A DNA stretch of 64,000 nt from Eledone cirrhosa (taxonomy: Eukaryota). A program made the translations under genes and the position numbers. Shown piece after piece: positions 62,201 through 64,000 of this stretch. How positions within the stretch are numbered: the stretch's first letter is position 1; every line of letters starts with the position of its first letter. Where the stretch lies: contig OZ024740.1 of NCBI GenBank assembly GCA_964016885.1, positions 422,096,001 to 422,160,000 of the forward strand, written 5' to 3'. A model generated the notes under the pieces. That model did not search any database. It was not told the origin of the DNA and saw only the letters and a list, made by a program, of their open reading frames with translations.

Positions 62201-64000
62201 ATCTGCCCTAACGTAGCAGGTTTCTAGTTCAGTGTGGTTTTGTAAGAGTTACTGTCTCAATATTTGCCATAATGTAGCAGGTTTCTAGTTCAGTGTTGTT
62301 TTGTAAGTGTTACTGCCTCAATATCTGCCCTAATGTAGCAGGTTTCTAGTTCAGTGTTGTTTTGTAAGAGTTACTGCCTCAATATCTGCCCTAACGTAGC
62401 AGGTTTCTAGTTCAGTGTTGTTTTGTTATAGTTACTGCCTCAATATCTGCCCTAAGGTAGCAGGTTTCTAGTCAGTGTTGCTTTGTAAGAGTTACTGCCT
62501 CAATATCTGCCCTAAGGTAGCAGGTTTCTAGTTCAGTGTTGCTTTGTAAGAGTTACTGCCTCAATATCTGCCCTACGGTATCAGGTTTCTACTTCAGTGT
62601 TGTTTTGTAAGAGTTACTGTCCCAATATCTGCCCGAAGGTAGCAGGTTTCTAGTTTAGTGTAATTTTGTAAGAGTTACTGCCTCAATATCTGCCCTAAGG
62701 TAGCAGGTTTCTAGTTCAGTGTTATTTTGTAAGAGTTACTGACTCATTATCTGCCCTAAGGTAGCAGGTTTCTAGTTTAGTGTTGTTATGTAAGAGTTAC
62801 TATCTCAATACCTGCCCTAAGGTGGAAGGTTTCTAGTTCAGTCTAATTTTGTAAGAGTTAATGCCTCAATATCTGCCCTAAGGTAGCAGGTTTCTAGTTC
62901 AGTGTAATTTTGTAAGAGTTACTGCCTCAATATCTGCCCTAAGGTAGCAGGTTTCTAGTTCAGTGTTGTTTTGTAAGAGTTACTGACTCATCATCTGCCC
63001 TAAGGAAGCAGGTTTCTAGTTCAGTGTAGTTTTGTAAGAGTTACTGTCTCAATATCTGCCCTAAGGTAGCAGGTTTCTAGTTCAGTGTAATTTTGTAAGA
63101 GTTACTGCTTCAATATCTGCCCTAAAGTAGCAGGTTTCTACTTCAGAGTTGTTTTGTAAGAATTACTGTCTCAATATCTGCCCTAAGGTAGCAGGTTTCT
63201 AGTTCAGTGTGGTTTTGTAAGAGTTACTGTCTCAATATCTGCCCTGAGACAGCAGGTTTCTAGTTCAGTGTTGTTTTATGAGAGTTACTGCCTCAATATC
63301 TGCCCTAAGGTAGCAGGTTTCTAGTTCAGTGTTGTTTTCTAAGAGTTACTGTCTCAATATCTGCCTTTGACATCAGGTTTCTAGTTCAGTGTTGTTTTAT
63401 GAGAGTTACTGTCTCAATATCTGCCCTAAGGTAGCAGGTTTCTCGTTCAGTGTAATTTTGTAAGAGTTACTGCATCAATATCTGCCCTAAGGTAGCAGGT
63501 TTATAGTTCAATGTAATTTTGTAAGAGTTACTGCCTCAATATCTGCCCTAAGGTAGAAGGTTTCTAGTTCAGTGTAATTTTGTAAGAGTTACTGCGTCAA
63601 TATTTGCCCTAAGGTAGCAGGTTTCTAGTTCAGTGTAATTTTGTAAGAGTTACTATCTCAATATCTGCCCTAAGGTAGCAGGTTTCTAGTTCAGTGTTGT
63701 TTTGTAAGAGTTACTGCCTCAATATCTGCCCTAATGTAGTAGGTTTCTAGTTCAGTGTAATTTTGTAAGAGTTACTATCTCAATATCTGACCTAAGGTAG
63801 CAGGTTTCTAGTTCAGTGTTGTTTTGTAAGAGTTACTGCCTCAATATCTGCCCTAAGGTAGCAGGTTTCTAGTTCAGTGTAATTTTGTAAGAGTTACTGC
63901 CTCAATATCTGCCCTAACGTAGCAGGTTTCTAGTTCAGTGTTGTTTTGTAAGAGTTACTGCCTCAATATTTGCCATAAGGTAGCAGGTTTCTAGTTCACT
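17269..64000. repeat. 61-bp tandem satellite array (~765 monomers, runs off the window end)
   Basis: Consensus GTAGCAGGTTTCTAGTTCAGTGTTGTTTTGTAAGAGTTACTGCCTCAATATCTGCCCTAAG, head-to-tail in one orientation. There are occasional 60- and 57-bp variants and no insertions were seen. Confidence 0.98.

Noticed and set aside
17269-64000. CRISPR-like array
   Set aside because: There are no unique spacers and no cas genes; the whole 61-bp unit repeats.
17269-64000. Micro-exon array reading AG|27-nt SYCLNICPK|GT with 34-nt introns
   Set aside because: The donor GT is often mutated (TT, AC, GA, AT), the introns are implausibly short, and there is no start or terminal exon.

Overview
Eukaryotic, repeat-only window with no recognisable host gene. 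The (TA)n/(TG)n microsatellites and TE families look like an invertebrate, possibly cephalopod or other mollusc, genome (inference only). Bases 1-17.2 kb are a nest of retroelements separated by microsatellites. They include the 3' end of a Penelope-like element (GIY-YIG), a 5'-truncated RTE-clade LINE, three copies of a ~600-bp non-autonomous RTE-derived element with a candidate HDV-like ribozyme head, and a decayed CsRn1/Kabuki-type Ty3/Gypsy element with one LTR, a tRNA-Trp PBS, a CHCC gag and a -1 frameshift signal. The same stretch holds four sequence-unrelated fold-back (inverted-repeat) modules. Three of them carry minimal type-I hammerhead ribozyme motifs, two with a variant CCGAAGA core, and a fourth hammerhead family sits in a separate hairpin-rich module. 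From ~17,269 to the window end is an uninterrupted 61-bp satellite (~46.7 kb, ~765 monomers) with one CCCTAA per monomer and nested higher-order duplications (1,522, 3,589 and 5,177 bp periods). All structures were read by eye and none was computed.
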